Shown: piece by piece, positions 45,034 through 55,366 of the stretch
Layout: the number at the start of each line of letters is the position of its first letter
Numbering within the stretch: position 1 is the first letter of the stretch
Source of the DNA: Paracoccus sp. (in: a-proteobacteria)
GTDB taxonomy: Bacteria; Pseudomonadota; Alphaproteobacteria; Rhodobacterales; Rhodobacteraceae
Reading direction: 5' to 3'
Length of the DNA stretch: 64,000 bases
NCBI RefSeq assembly: GCF_039808215.1
Contig: NZ_JBDHSP010000012.1
Location: 7,657 to 71,656 of the forward strand
The notes under the pieces: model-generated
What the model was told of the DNA's origin: nothing
Databases searched by the model: none
Seen by the model: the letters and a program-made list of their open reading frames with translations, nothing else
Program-made: the position numbers and the translations under genes

Positions 45034-46062
45034 ATGTCCGAAAAAACCATCCTGCGCGCGCTCGCGGGCGAGCGTTTGCCCGTGCCTCCGGTCTGGATGA
45101 TGCGCCAGGCCGGGCGCTATCTGCCGGAATACCGCGCCACCCGCGCGCAGGCGGGCGACTTTTTGTCGCTGTGCTACAATCCCGATCTGGCGGCCGAGGT
45201 GACGCTGCAGCCGATCCGCCGCTACGCGTTCGACGCGGCGATTCTGTTCGCCGACATCCTGCTGCTACCGCAGGCGCTGGGGCTTGATCTGTGGTTCGAG
45301 ACCGGCGAGGGGCCGCGGCTTTCGACCGTGACCAGCGCCGCCGGGGTCGCCCGACTGCGCCCCGCCGATGCCGTCCACGACCGGCTGTCCCCGGTCTATG
45401 AGACGCTGCGCATCCTGAAACGCGAATTGCCGCGCCAGACCACGCTGATCGGCTTTGCCGGCGCGCCCTGGACCGTCGCCACCTACATGATCGCCGGCCG
45501 CGGCACCCCGGACCAGGCCCCGGCCCATGCGATGAAATCCGCCGACCGCGCCGCGTTCCAGGCGCTGATCGAGCGCATCACCGAGGCCAGCATCACCTAT
45601 CTCTCGGCCCAGATCGAGGCCGGGGCCGAGGTGATCAAGCTGTTCGACAGCTGGGCCGGCTCGCTGCGGGGCGCGGATTTCGACGATTTCGCCATCGCGC
45701 CGACGCGCAAGATCATCGCCGAACTCAAGGCCCGCCACCCGGGCATCCCGGTCATCGCCTTCCCGCGCGAAGCCGGGCCGCGCTACGCGGGCTTTGCCCG
45801 GGCCACCGGCGCCGATTGCGTGGCGCTGGACAATTCCGTGCAGGCCGACTGGGCCGCGGCCGAGGTGCAGAAGGACGGCTGCGTGCAGGGCAACCTCGAT
45901 CCGCGGCTGCTGGTCAGCGGCGGCGAGGCGCTGGTCTCGGAGACCCGGCGCATCGTCAGCGCCTTCGCGGGCGGGCCGCATATCTTCAACCTCGGCCACG
46001 GGATCACCCCCGATGCCGACCCCGACAACGTCACCCGCATGCTGGCGGCCATCCGCGGCTGA
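45034..46062 (+). CDS. hemE: Uroporphyrinogen decarboxylase
   Basis: 342 aa, [18 protein letters not shown]... the HemE signature. Confidence 0.95.
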   Translation: MSEKTILRALAGERLPVPPVWMMRQAGRYLPEYRATRAQAGDFLSLCYNPDLAAEVTLQPIRRYAFDAAILFADILLLPQALGLDLWFETGEGPRLSTVTSAAGVARLRPADAVHDRLSPVYETLRILKRELPRQTTLIGFAGAPWTVATYMIAGRGTPDQAPAHAMKSADRAAFQALIERITEASITYLSAQIEAGAEVIKLFDSWAGSLRGADFDDFAIAPTRKIIAELKARHPGIPVIAFPREAGPRYAGFARATGADCVALDNSVQADWAAAEVQKDGCVQGNLDPRLLVSGGEALVSETRRIVSAFAGGPHIFNLGHGITPDADPDNVTRMLAAIRG

Positions 46063-46940
46063 TGGGCTGGATCCTTGCGACGCTGATCGCCGCCGGCGCC
46101 CAGACCGCCCGCAATGCCGCGCAAAGGCGGCTGACCGCGGAACTGGGCACCATGGGGGCGACGGCGGTGCGCTTTCTGTTCGGTCTGCCCTTTGCCCTGC
46201 TGGCGCTGGCCGCGCTCGCCCTGACGACGCCGATCCCGCTGCCCGGCGCCGCCAGCCTCGGCTGGGCGGGGCTTGGCGCGCTGGCGCAGATCGCCGCCAC
46301 GGCGCTGATGCTGAACACCATGGAAAGCCGCAGCTTCGGCGTCACCACCGCGCTCTTGAAAACCGAGCCGGTGACCCTGGCGCTGATCGGCGCCCTGCTG
46401 CTCTCCGAGCCGCTGGGCCCGGCGCGCATGGCGGCCATCGCCACGGCGGTGCTGGGCGTGGTCATCATCTCGGGGCTGCGCTGGCAACACGGCGACTGGC
46501 GCGCGGCGGGGCTGGGCATCGCCGCGGGCGCGCTGTTCGGCCTGTCGGCGATCGGTTTTCGCGGCGCCATCCTTGCCCTGCCCTTCGGCGCCTCGGCCGG
46601 CCGCGCCGTCAGCATCCTTGCCCTCAGCCTTGCCCTGCAGGGGCTGGCGATGGTGCTGTGGCTGGGCCTGCGCCAGCCCGCGGCGCTGCGCGGCATGGTC
46701 CGGCACTGGCGGCCCTCGCTGGCGGCGGGCGCGCTCGGGGCGCTGGCCTCGCTTTTCTGGTTCATCGGCTTTGCGCTGACCGCCGCCACCAATGTGCGCA
46801 CCCTGGCGCTGGTCGAGGTGGTGATGGCGCAGATCGTCTCGGGGCGGGTCTTTCGCGAGGGCGCCAGCCCGCGGCACCGTGCCGGGATGGCGCTGATCGT
46901 GCTGGGCGTGGCGGCGCTGATCGCCGCCAGCGGCCTCTAG
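46062..46940 (+). CDS. EamA/DMT family transporter
   Basis: ATG 46062 shares a base with the hemE TGA. 10-TM-like hydrophobic protein [24 protein letters not shown]... Confidence 0.75.
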   Translation: MGWILATLIAAGAQTARNAAQRRLTAELGTMGATAVRFLFGLPFALLALAALALTTPIPLPGAASLGWAGLGALAQIAATALMLNTMESRSFGVTTALLKTEPVTLALIGALLLSEPLGPARMAAIATAVLGVVIISGLRWQHGDWRAAGLGIAAGALFGLSAIGFRGAILALPFGASAGRAVSILALSLALQGLAMVLWLGLRQPAALRGMVRHWRPSLAAGALGALASLFWFIGFALTAATNVRTLALVEVVMAQIVSGRVFREGASPRHRAGMALIVLGVAALIAASGL

Positions 46941-46998
46941 GCCCGCGCCCGTCGCAATGCCATTGCCGCATCGGCGCGGATCGGATAATGCGCTGCGC

Positions 46999-47475
46999 AT
47001 GACCCCTCAGACCGCGCAACCCGATTTCGATCTGGATGAGATCTCCGCACGCATGTTGCGCATCCTTGCGGTCAACGGGCGCATCTCGAACCAGGACCTC
47101 GCGGCCGAGGTCGGGCTCTCGCCCTCGGCCTGCCTGCGCCGGGTCCAGGACCTGGAACGGCGCGGCGCCATCCTTGGCTATCGCGCGGTGATCGCACCTG
47201 CGGCGCGCGCCGCGGGCTTCACCGCCTATGTCACCGTCGGCCTCGCACGCCACTCGAACGAGGCGCAGCAGGCGTTCGAGCGCGCCTGCCTGGCCGCGCC
47301 CGAGGTGCGCGAATGCCACAACATCACCGGCTCGGTCGAATACCTGCTGCGGGTCGAGGTGCGCGACCTTGAATCCTACCGCCGCTTTCACAGCCAGGTG
47401 CTGGGCGCCTTTCCCCAGATCGCCACCATGACCACGCATGTGGTGATGGAGACGGCCAAGGACGAACGCGCCTGA
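46999..47475 (+). CDS. Lrp/AsnC family transcriptional regulator
   Basis: LDEISARMLRILAVNGRISNQDLAAEVGLSPSACLRRVQDLERRGAILGY (HTH) plus RAM domain. ATG 46999 verified. Confidence 0.88.
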   Translation: MTPQTAQPDFDLDEISARMLRILAVNGRISNQDLAAEVGLSPSACLRRVQDLERRGAILGYRAVIAPAARAAGFTAYVTVGLARHSNEAQQAFERACLAAPEVRECHNITGSVEYLLRVEVRDLESYRRFHSQVLGAFPQIATMTTHVVMETAKDERA

Positions 47476-47567
47476 CCCCCGGTCCATTCCGGTTTCCAGC
47501 CGGCCGAATCGCCGCCGCGCCACGGTTCGGACTTTCCGCCCCCTGCCCCGCGGGCTAACAAGGTGCC

Positions 47568-49133
47568 ATGACCCTGCCCACCCTCTCACCGGATCAGGCC
47601 GAAGCCTGGGATGCGCTGACCGCGGCGCTGGCGCAATCGGGCATCGACCTGATCTCGGAGCAGATCGCGCCGCTGACCGCGGGCAAGGGCCGGGTCATGG
47701 CGGTGATCGGCAAGGCAGGCTCGGGCAAGACGCTGCTGCTGGCGGAACTGACCAGGGCCCTGCGCGCCGCCGGGGTCGAGCTGATCTCGGGCGACTATGA
47801 GAGCAAGCGGCGCAAGGAAAGGCGCAGCGTCGCCATCCTCGCCCCGACCAACAAGGCGGCCTTCGTGCTGCGCACCCGCGGCGTGCCGGCGACCACCATC
47901 CACCGCATCCTCTATACCCCGCTTTACGACCCGCAATACGAACGCATCGCCGACTGGCTGACCGGCGCGGGCGAGCGCCCCCGGCCCGAGGCCCTGGTCG
48001 GGGGTCTGGTCGGGGGTCTGGTCGGGGGGCTGACCGAGGCGGCGCTCGACCGCGCCAAGGCGTTTTACGACCAGCATGCCTCGATCCCCGGGGCGCTGGC
48101 GGCGGCGGGGCTGCGCGGCTCGGATTTCATCCGCGGCTGGAAGCGGCGCGAGGACGGGCTGGACATCGGGCTGATCGACGAATCCTCGATGCTGGACGAG
48201 CGCCAGTTCGAGGACCTGCGCGAGATCTTTCCGCTGCTGATCCTGTTCGGCGACCCGGCGCAGCTTGCCCCGGTCGGCCAGTCCGGGCAGATGGTCTTTG
48301 ACCGGCTGGCGGCGCCGCAGCGGCTGGTGCTGGACCGCATCCACCGGCAAGAGGGCGACAGCCCGATCCTGGATCTGGCGCATGCGCTGGCCGATCCCGG
48401 GCTGGAATTCGACGCCTTCGAGCGCATGATCCGCGACGCCGCCCGCCGCGATCCGCGGGTGATCTGGGCCGAGCGGGTGCAGTCCGACCTGATGGCGCAA
48501 AGCCCGGTGCTGGTCTGGCGCAATGTCACCCGGGTCAGGCTGATCCAGGCGTTCCGCGCCGCCTATGGCGCCCCGGGCGACGCGCTGCTGCCCGGCGAGC
48601 CGCTGATCTGCGACGGGCTGGAACTGCCTCTGAAGCACCGCAAGAAGCGCATCGACCTCGAGGCGCGCGGGCTGATCAAAGGCGCGCAGGTGATCTATCT
48701 GGGGCCGGGCAGGAAGCCCGGTTTCTCGCGCCTGCATGTCGTCGGTGCCGAGGAACCGCGGTTTTCCGCCGCCTCGATCGTCAAGATCGAGACCCCCGAT
48801 GTCGAGGAACCCTTCATCCCCTATGCCGCACGCATGGGCGCGACCTTTCTGCATGGCGCGGCGGTGACCATCCACAAGGCGCAGGGCAGCCAGTGGCCCG
48901 ATGTGCAGGTCTTTGCTCCCGACCTCGCCGCCGCCGCCTGGTCGGGACGCAACGAGGCTGGCATCCCCCTGTGGAAACGCCTGGCCTATGTCGCCATCAC
49001 CCGCAGCCAGGAACGGCTGCACTGGGTGGTGAAATCGCGCCTCGCCCGCCCCTCGGCGCCCTTGGGCACCAGCCATCTGGATGCGCCGGCGGTGCCCCTG
49101 ACCCTTGCCCCCGAGGAGACGGCGCAGCCCTGA
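47568..49133 (+). CDS. SF1 RecD/Dda-like helicase (AAA_30 + UvrD_C_2-type)
   Basis: 521 aa. Walker A GKAGSGKT, Walker B LIDESSM, C-terminal TIHKAQGSQW...AYVAITRSQERLH. Confidence 0.8.
   Translation: MTLPTLSPDQAEAWDALTAALAQSGIDLISEQIAPLTAGKGRVMAVIGKAGSGKTLLLAELTRALRAAGVELISGDYESKRRKERRSVAILAPTNKAAFVLRTRGVPATTIHRILYTPLYDPQYERIADWLTGAGERPRPEALVGGLVGGLVGGLTEAALDRAKAFYDQHASIPGALAAAGLRGSDFIRGWKRREDGLDIGLIDESSMLDERQFEDLREIFPLLILFGDPAQLAPVGQSGQMVFDRLAAPQRLVLDRIHRQEGDSPILDLAHALADPGLEFDAFERMIRDAARRDPRVIWAERVQSDLMAQSPVLVWRNVTRVRLIQAFRAAYGAPGDALLPGEPLICDGLELPLKHRKKRIDLEARGLIKGAQVIYLGPGRKPGFSRLHVVGAEEPRFSAASIVKIETPDVEEPFIPYAARMGATFLHGAAVTIHKAQGSQWPDVQVFAPDLAAAAWSGRNEAGIPLWKRLAYVAITRSQERLHWVVKSRLARPSAPLGTSHLDAPAVPLTLAPEETAQP
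47994..48029 (+). repeat. Near-perfect 12-nt tandem repeat x3 (CTGGTCGGGGGT) inside the helicase gene, encoding (LVGG)3
   Basis: Units at 47994-48005, 48006-48017 and 48018-48029 (last base differs), read directly. In frame. Confidence 0.9.
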
Positions 49134-49152
49134 CCGGCGCGGCCGCGGTCAG
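49130..49152. terminator. Hairpin CTGACCG-9 nt-CGGTCAG spanning both convergent stop codons (helicase TGA and EcsC TGA)
   Basis: Read directly. 7-bp stem, no U-tract, so the function is uncertain. Confidence 0.3.
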
Positions 49153-49964
49153 CGGCTGCGCGAGACTGCCTGGCGGCCGGGGCGCAGCTGGCGCATGCGC
49201 AACTCCAGCGCCTCGATCAGTGCCTCGCGCGGCAGGCCGGTCTCCTGCGACAGGCGCAGCAGGCCGAAATGCACCCGCGCCAGTTCCTGGTAGTAACGGG
49301 TGAAACTGTAGTTGATCGCGGCGCCCGCCGCCGCCCCCAGCACCGGGACGGTCTGCGCCGCCAGCTTCTGCGCCAGCGACACCGACAGTCGCGGCGCCAC
49401 CCGCGCGATCAGCGCCTGCACGGTCGTGCCGGTGATCGTCACCCGCGCCGCGATCAGGCCAAGGTCGGTGCCGTCGTCGTCCGCCAGCGGCCCGGCGGCG
49501 GCAAAGACATGCAGCGCCTCGCGCCGGATGCGGTCGCTGTCCGGCTCGAACCCGTGTTCGGCGGCGATGTCCATGATGGCGCGCAGCAGCAGGGTCACGG
49601 TCAGCGGCAGTTCCAGCACCGCGCCGCCGATGCCCGCCAGCCCGCCCACTGCCCCCGAGGCGGTGGACAGCATCCTGTTGAACCCGTCGCCGCGTTCGCG
49701 CAGCCAGCCGCGCGACAGCGAGGCCGCGCCAAAGGCCCGGTTCAGCGCCCGCAGCGTCAGCCGGTCGCTTTGCGCGCGCACCGCGTCGGGCAGGCGCGCA
49801 AGCAGGCTCTCGGCCCTGCCGCCGATGGCCGAGACCAGCTCCATGCCGATGCCGCCGGCATCCAGATAGCGCCGCGCCAGCCGGTCGATCTCGGCATGCA
49901 CGGTCGGGTCGGTGATCGGCGGCAGCACCGCCTGCCGGCTGTCGATCTGGGCATTCGTGGTCAT
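49149..49964 (-). CDS. EcsC family protein
   Basis: ...ELPLTVTLLLRAIMDIAAEHGF...VPVLGAAAGAAINYSFTRYYQELARVHFGLRRL-like end typical of the EcsC family. ATG 49964 preferred over GTG 49985. Confidence 0.65.
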   Translation of the reverse strand: MTTNAQIDSRQAVLPPITDPTVHAEIDRLARRYLDAGGIGMELVSAIGGRAESLLARLPDAVRAQSDRLTLRALNRAFGAASLSRGWLRERGDGFNRMLSTASGAVGGLAGIGGAVLELPLTVTLLLRAIMDIAAEHGFEPDSDRIRREALHVFAAAGPLADDDGTDLGLIAARVTITGTTVQALIARVAPRLSVSLAQKLAAQTVPVLGAAAGAAINYSFTRYYQELARVHFGLLRLSQETGLPREALIEALELRMRQLRPGRQAVSRSR

Positions 49965-50098
49965 CGCATGGGCATCCTGTTGCACGTCCCGCCGGCGCCG
50001 CCATTCGGGCCGCGCAAGGGAACCCGCGCCGCGGCCGCGGGGTTCCTTGCCGCCGGCCCGCGCGCCGGCGAATGCAACGTATCAGGAAAACACCCGCC

Positions 50099-50560
50099 AT
50101 GAAGACCCTTCGCATGATCCCGGCCCTGGCGCTGGCCGCCGGGCTTGCCGCCAGCCAGGCCACCGCCGAGACCGTGCCATCGTTTGCCGATCTGGGGCGC
50201 GACCCGGCGCTGACCGCGGCTTACCGGCAGCTTGCAGCCGGGGCGGACCTGCCCGGCTGGCTGCAGGACGGGGCGGTGACCACCCCCGGGCAGATCGTGG
50301 GCTTTGGCGGGCAGGAATTCGTCGCGGTCAGCGCCTGCCGCCAGCACGATTGCGCCGCCCAGCGCTTTGCCATGCTCTATGACCCCGAGACCGGCGCGGC
50401 CTTCGGCCTGCTCTCCTCGGTCGAGGGCGAGACCGCCGAGCAGCTGCGCTGGCTTGGCATCGGTGGCGGACCCGAAAGCATCGACGGGCGCACGATCCTT
50501 TATGCGGCGCTGACCGGCAGCCTGGCGAACCACCCCGGGGCGTTCAGCTATCCCCGCTAG
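50099..50560 (+). CDS. ivy: Ivy family C-type lysozyme inhibitor, periplasmic
   Basis: Signal peptide, then SACRQHDCAAQRFAMLY and [25 protein letters not shown]. These align with E. coli Ivy SACKPHDCGSQRIAVMW / SIDGKTVLFAALTGSLENHPDGFNF (from memory). Confidence 0.85.
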   Translation: MKTLRMIPALALAAGLAASQATAETVPSFADLGRDPALTAAYRQLAAGADLPGWLQDGAVTTPGQIVGFGGQEFVAVSACRQHDCAAQRFAMLYDPETGAAFGLLSSVEGETAEQLRWLGIGGGPESIDGRTILYAALTGSLANHPGAFSYPR

Positions 50561-51074
50561 GCGGGCCTGCCGTGCCGGTGTCGCGCTCGGCAGGGTCGCG
50601 CTCGACATGGCCGGTGACGCCCTGCCAGGCGCCGGGCAGCAGTTCCAGCCCCAGCACCCGCTCGGGGTTGGTCGGCGGCGGCATCTCGACGCGCTCGAGC
50701 TTCCAGAAGCCGAAGCGGCGGTAATAGGGCAGATCGCCGACCAGCATCACCCGCGCCCAGCCCAGTTCGCGCGCGCGGCCGAGGCTTTCGCGCATCAAGA
50801 GCCCGCCCAGCCCCTCGCCCTGCGCCGTCGGATGCACGGCGACCGGCCCCAGCAGCAGCACCGGCTGCCCGCCCACCCGCACCGGCCAATAGCGGATGGC
50901 ACCGACCGGCAGGCCGAAATCGTTGCGCAGCAGCAGGCACAGCTGCGCGACCGGCGCCACGCCGTCGCGCAGCCGATACGAGGACAGCGCCGTGCGCCCC
51001 GGCGCAAAACACAGGTCCATCAAGGCCTCGACCTCGGGCGTGTCCTCGGGGGTTTCGCGGCAAAGCTCGTACAT
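50544..51074 (-). CDS. GNAT family N-acetyltransferase
   Basis: ATG 51074 verified. [32 protein letters not shown] (acetyl-CoA binding motif A). The 3' end overlaps ivy by 17 nt (convergent). Confidence 0.8.
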   Translation of the reverse strand: MYELCRETPEDTPEVEALMDLCFAPGRTALSSYRLRDGVAPVAQLCLLLRNDFGLPVGAIRYWPVRVGGQPVLLLGPVAVHPTAQGEGLGGLLMRESLGRARELGWARVMLVGDLPYYRRFGFWKLERVEMPPPTNPERVLGLELLPGAWQGVTGHVERDPAERDTGTAGPPSGDS

Positions 51075-51251
51075 TGTGCCTCGCGGATTCGGTTGTGCCG
51101 GTTCGGGCCCGGGACCGGGTAACATGCAAGGCGGGCGACGAAAACCGCCTCTGCATTCCCGAGGGCCGGAAATCGGCGCCGCATCCGGACTTGACGCGCG
51201 CCGCGGCAGCGGTCACTGCTGCCAGCCGGGCCTGCACGACCGGAGGCGCCC

Positions 51252-51848
51252 ATGTTCTATCGACCCGAGGCCGGGCATGGCCTGCCGCTGAACCCGCTGA
51301 ACGCCATCGTCGCGCCGCGGCCGATCGGCTGGATCTCGACCCGGGGCCGGATGGGCGACAATCTGGCACCCTATTCCTTCTTCAACCTGACCGCCTATGC
51401 GCCGCCGCAGGTGATGTTCGCCTCGACCTCGGCCAAACGCGACCGGCCGGGCAGCAAGGACAGCGTGGCGCAGATCGCCGAGAGCCGGGTATTCTGCGTC
51501 AATATCGCCGACGGCCGCATGCGCGCGCAGGTGAACACCACTTCCGCCGCCCTGCCCGCCGGCGAAAGCGAGTTCCTGGCCGCCGGCATCGAAGCCGCCG
51601 AATGCCTGACCATCGACTGCCCGCGCGTCGCCCAGGCCGCCGCGGCGCTGGAATGCCGCATGACGCGGGTGCTGCGGCTGGCGGGGGCGGCGAATGTCAT
51701 GGTGCTGGGCGTCGTCACCGGCATCCACCTGCGCGAGGACTGCCTTGCGGACGGCCGCTTCGACCTGCGCCCCCACGGCTGGCTGGCGCGCATGGGCTAC
51801 AAGGATTACACGATCACCACCGAGACATTCGAGATGGAGCGCCCATGA
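51252..51848 (+). CDS. Flavin reductase family protein (DIM6/NTAB)
   Basis: 198 aa, [26 protein letters not shown] is the family signature. Confidence 0.8.
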   Translation: MFYRPEAGHGLPLNPLNAIVAPRPIGWISTRGRMGDNLAPYSFFNLTAYAPPQVMFASTSAKRDRPGSKDSVAQIAESRVFCVNIADGRMRAQVNTTSAALPAGESEFLAAGIEAAECLTIDCPRVAQAAAALECRMTRVLRLAGAANVMVLGVVTGIHLREDCLADGRFDLRPHGWLARMGYKDYTITTETFEMERP

Positions 51849-52399
51849 ACGACCGCCCCTTGCACGACAGCCGCGGCATCCGCGACCTTGTGCGCAGCAT
51901 TCCGGATTTCCCGCATCAGGGCATCCTGTTTCGCGACGTGACCACGCTTTTCGCCGATGCCCGCGGCTTTCGCATGGCGGTGGACCAGCTGCTGACCCCC
52001 CATGCCGGGGACCGGATCGACAAGGTGGTGGGGCTCGAGGCGCGCGGCTTCATCCTGGGCGGCGCGGTGGCGCATCAGCTTTGCGCGGGCTTCGTGCCGA
52101 TCCGCAAACAGGGCAAGCTGCCCGGCGCGGTGCTGAGCCAGGCCTATGCGCTGGAATACGGCGAGGCCGTGATGGAGATCCACCAGGACGCCCTGAACCC
52201 GGGCGAGCGGGTGCTGATCGTCGATGACCTGCTGGCCACCGGCGGCACCGCCGAGGCCGGGACAAGGCTGTGCGAACGCCTGGGCGCGCAGGTCGTCGGC
52301 TGCGCCTTTGTCATCGAACTGACCGGACTTGGCGGGCGGGCGCGTCTGGAGGGGCTGGGCCATGAGGTCCATGCCCTGACCAGCTTCGACGAAGGCTGA
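51845..52399 (+). CDS. apt: Adenine phosphoribosyltransferase
   Basis: [17 protein letters not shown]...[16 protein letters not shown] (PRPP motif). ATGA overlap with the upstream gene. Confidence 0.93.
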   Translation: MNDRPLHDSRGIRDLVRSIPDFPHQGILFRDVTTLFADARGFRMAVDQLLTPHAGDRIDKVVGLEARGFILGGAVAHQLCAGFVPIRKQGKLPGAVLSQAYALEYGEAVMEIHQDALNPGERVLIVDDLLATGGTAEAGTRLCERLGAQVVGCAFVIELTGLGGRARLEGLGHEVHALTSFDEG

Positions 52400-52502
52400 G
52401 CGGGCCGGGTCTGGCGGGCCAAATCCGGCGTGTCACGTCCGCGGCGGCTGAATTCCGCGCCCGCGCCTTGCGGGGGGGCGCCGGCGCGGTTAGGTGGGGA
52501 TC

Positions 52503-53453
52503 ATGGACAAGAAACCGCCCCTGACCCTTTACCTCGCCGCGCCGCGCGGCTTTTGCGCCGGCGTCGACCGCGCCATCAAGATCGTCGAGATGGCGCTGCA
52601 GAAATGGGGCGCCCCCGTCTATGTGCGCCACGAGATCGTGCACAACAAGTTCGTCGTGGACGGGCTGCGCGACAAGGGCGCGGTCTTTGTCGAGGAACTG
52701 GACGAATGCCCCGCTGACCGGCCGGTGATCTTTTCCGCCCATGGCGTGCCGAAATCAGTGCCGCTCGAGGCGCGCCGGCGCGAGATGGTCTATGTCGATG
52801 CCACCTGCCCCCTGGTCTCCAAGGTCCATGTCGAGGCCGAGCGCCACCACGCCGAGGGGCTGCAGATGGTGATGATCGGCCATGCCGGCCATCCCGAGGT
52901 GCTGGGCACCATGGGGCAGTTGCCCGAGGGCGAGGTGCTGCTGGTCGAATCGGTCGAGGATGTCGCCCTGATCGCGCCCCGCGATGCCGCGCGCCTGGCC
53001 TATATCACCCAGACCACGCTTTCGGTCGATGACACGGCGGCCATCGTCACGGCGCTGCAGGCGCGCTTTCCCGCCATTGTCGGGCCGGCCAAGGAGGACA
53101 TCTGCTATGCGACCACCAACCGCCAGGCCGCGGTCAAGGCGATCGCCGGCCGCATCGACGCGCTGTTCGTGATCGGGGCGCCGAACAGTTCCAACTCGCG
53201 CCGGCTGGTCGAGGTGGGCCGCGCCGCCGGCTGCGCCTATTCGCAGCTGGTGATGCGGGCCGATCAGATCGACTGGCGCGCCATTGCCGGCGCCCGCGCG
53301 GTGGGCGTCACCGCCGGCGCCAGCGCCCCCGAGGTGCTGGTCGACGAAGTCGTCGCCGCCTTTGGCGAAAGGTTCGAGCTGACCGTGGAACTGGTCGAGA
53401 CCGCGCGCGAGAATATCGAGTTCAAGGTGCCGCGCGTGCTGCGCGAGGCTTGA
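52503..53453 (+). CDS. ispH: 4-hydroxy-3-methylbut-2-enyl diphosphate reductase
   Basis: [21 protein letters not shown]...SAHGV...[11 protein letters not shown]...[11 protein letters not shown] 52503 (AGGTGGGGA SD). Confidence 0.94.
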   Translation: MDKKPPLTLYLAAPRGFCAGVDRAIKIVEMALQKWGAPVYVRHEIVHNKFVVDGLRDKGAVFVEELDECPADRPVIFSAHGVPKSVPLEARRREMVYVDATCPLVSKVHVEAERHHAEGLQMVMIGHAGHPEVLGTMGQLPEGEVLLVESVEDVALIAPRDAARLAYITQTTLSVDDTAAIVTALQARFPAIVGPAKEDICYATTNRQAAVKAIAGRIDALFVIGAPNSSNSRRLVEVGRAAGCAYSQLVMRADQIDWRAIAGARAVGVTAGASAPEVLVDEVVAAFGERFELTVELVETARENIEFKVPRVLREA

Positions 53454-53514
53454 AGGGGCCTTGCAACCGCCCTGCGGGGCTGTCTGGAAAACGGAAATGA
53501 CGTGGAGTCCCCTG

Positions 53515-54120
53515 ATGAAGCTCTGGTCGATGCCTTCCTCGGGCAACAGTTACAAGGTGCGTCTGCTGCTGGCGCTGCTTGGTCGCGGCTGCGAGACCGT
53601 CGATGTCGAGGCGGGATCGGCCGCGCTGGCGGCGGCGCGGGCGACGGGGCGGCTGCCCTTCGGCAAGGCGCCGGTGCTGGAACTGGCGGATGGCACGCTT
53701 TTGCCGGAATCGAACGCGATCCTGTGCTTTCTGGGCGAGGGCACGCGATTCGTGCCGGCCGATCCGGTCCTGCGCGCGCGCATGCTGGCCTGGATGTTCT
53801 GGGAGCAGAACCAGCATGAGGGCGTGGTGGCGGTGCGCGGGGCGCTGAATTTCTATCCCGAGCGGCGCGCGCAGGCCACGCCCGGGCGCATGGCCGACCT
53901 GCTGGAGCGCGGCCATGCGCTACTGCAGGTCATGGAGGACCGGCTGGCGGCGCATGACTGGCTGGTGGACGGGGGCGCGAGCCTCGCCGATGTTTGCCTT
54001 TACGGTTATACCTGCACCGCCGGCGAACGTGGCGGCTTCGACATGGCGCGGTTCCCCGGCATCGGGCGCTGGCTGGCGCGGATCGCAAGCCTGCCGGGCT
54101 ATCGGGGGCCGCAATCGTGA
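53515..54120 (+). CDS. Glutathione S-transferase family protein
   Basis: [23 protein letters not shown]...[24 protein letters not shown] 53515 with GGAG 7 nt upstream. Confidence 0.8.
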   Translation: MKLWSMPSSGNSYKVRLLLALLGRGCETVDVEAGSAALAAARATGRLPFGKAPVLELADGTLLPESNAILCFLGEGTRFVPADPVLRARMLAWMFWEQNQHEGVVAVRGALNFYPERRAQATPGRMADLLERGHALLQVMEDRLAAHDWLVDGGASLADVCLYGYTCTAGERGGFDMARFPGIGRWLARIASLPGYRGPQS

Positions 54121-54584
54121 CCGCGCTGCATGCCTGGACCGATGGCGCCTGCAGCGGCAATCCCGGCCCCGGCGGCTGGGGGGTGCTGATGCGCGCGCTG
54201 GACGGCCAGACGCTGCTGAAGGAACGCGAGCTTTCGGGCGGCGAGGCCGAGACCACCAACAACCGCATGGAGCTGATGGCGGCGATCAGCGCGCTCGAGG
54301 CGCTGAGCCGGCCGAGCGAGATCACCCTGACCACCGACAGCGCCTATGTGAAGAACGGCGTCACCCAGTGGCTGCACGGCTGGAAGCGCAACGGCTGGCG
54401 CACCGCCGACCGCAAGCCGGTGAAGAATGTCGATCTGTGGCAGCGGCTGGAGGCGGCGCAGGCGCGTCACAAGGTGCGCTGGGAATGGATCAAGGGCCAT
54501 GCCGGCCACCCCGAGAACGAGCGCGCCGACGCGCTGGCCCGCGCCGGCATGGCGCCCTTCAAGCCGCGAAAGGCCGCGGGATGA
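54117..54584 (+). CDS. rnhA: Ribonuclease HI
   Basis: GTG 54117 (GTGA overlap with the GST stop). [19 protein letters not shown]...TNNRMEL...TDSAYV...[19 protein letters not shown]. Confidence 0.92.
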   Translation: MTALHAWTDGACSGNPGPGGWGVLMRALDGQTLLKERELSGGEAETTNNRMELMAAISALEALSRPSEITLTTDSAYVKNGVTQWLHGWKRNGWRTADRKPVKNVDLWQRLEAAQARHKVRWEWIKGHAGHPENERADALARAGMAPFKPRKAAG

Positions 54585-55219
54585 ACATTGATCACCTGGT
54601 GCTGGCGCTGGACTATGCCAGCGTGGCAATTTTTGCCCTGACCGGCGCGTTGGTGGCCAGCCGCGGCCAGCTCGATGTCGTGGGCTTCATCTTTTTCGCC
54701 GTGCTGACCGGCGTCGGCGGCGGCACGCTGCGCGATCTGGTGCTGGGGCGGGTTCCGGTGTTCTGGATCGGCCGGCCGGAACTGCTGCTGCTGACCTCGG
54801 GCGCGGCGATCGTGGTGTTCTTTACCGCGCATCGGCTGGAGAACCGCTTTCGCGCCATCCAGTGGCTGGACGCCTGCGCGCTGGCCGTGGCGGTGCCGGC
54901 CGGGGTCGGCGTCGCCCTGGGCGTGGGCGTCAGCCCGATCGTGACGGTGCTGATGGGGGTGATGACCGGCACTTTCGGCGGCCTGATGCGCGATGTGGTC
55001 GGCAACGAGGTGCCGATGGTGCTGCGCAAGGGCGAGCTTTACATCACCGCGACCTTCGGGGGCGCGGTCGCGGCGCTGGTCGTGCTGGCCATGGGCGCGG
55101 AACTGCCCAGCGCGCTGTTCATCTGCGGCGTCGTCGTGCTGGGCCTGCGCGCCGGCAGCATGGTCTTTGGCTGGCGCCTGCCGGTCTATCGGCCGCGGCC
55201 ACGCCGCAACGGGCTTTGA
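54581..55219 (+). CDS. Trimeric intracellular cation channel (TRIC / UPF0126, YadS-like) membrane protein
   Basis: ATGA overlap with rnhA. Duplicated GGGTLRD / FGGLMRD motifs typical of UPF0126. Confidence 0.8.
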   Translation: MNIDHLVLALDYASVAIFALTGALVASRGQLDVVGFIFFAVLTGVGGGTLRDLVLGRVPVFWIGRPELLLLTSGAAIVVFFTAHRLENRFRAIQWLDACALAVAVPAGVGVALGVGVSPIVTVLMGVMTGTFGGLMRDVVGNEVPMVLRKGELYITATFGGAVAALVVLAMGAELPSALFICGVVVLGLRAGSMVFGWRLPVYRPRPRRNGL

Positions 55220-55282
55220 CGCCGGGCGGGCCGCAGCCGGTTTCCATCCGTTTCCGGCCTGTCCAGCCGCGCGGTGCCTGGG

Positions 55283-55304
55283 CTGCGCCTTGCGCCCGGC
55301 GCAG
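55283..55304 (+). terminator. Hairpin CTGCGCC-8 nt-GGCGCAG downstream of the TRIC gene
   Basis: Read directly. 7-bp stem, no clear U-tract. Confidence 0.3.
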
Positions 55305-55311
55305 GAAATCG

Positions 55312-55341
55312 TTGACACAAGCCATGCAATTTCTCGATGTT
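55312..55341 (+). promoter_or_regulatory. Candidate promoter TTGACA-N17/18-(C)GATGTT in a locally AT-rich stretch
   Basis: -35 TTGACA at 55312-55317. Weak -10. Precedes the GGAGG SD and ATG 55367. Confidence 0.3.
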
Positions 55342-55366
55342 TTCTTCGGAAGACGGAGGGGGACGC

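Noticed and set aside
47994-48029. Tandem repeats considered as a mini CRISPR-like or VNTR array
   Set aside because: The units are 12 nt with no spacers, in frame and inside a helicase gene. This is simple slippage, not CRISPR.
55337-55366. Track start codon ATG 55337 for the winged-helix ORF
   Set aside because: It lies within the AT-rich promoter-like stretch and has no SD. ATG 55367 has GGAGG at ideal spacing.
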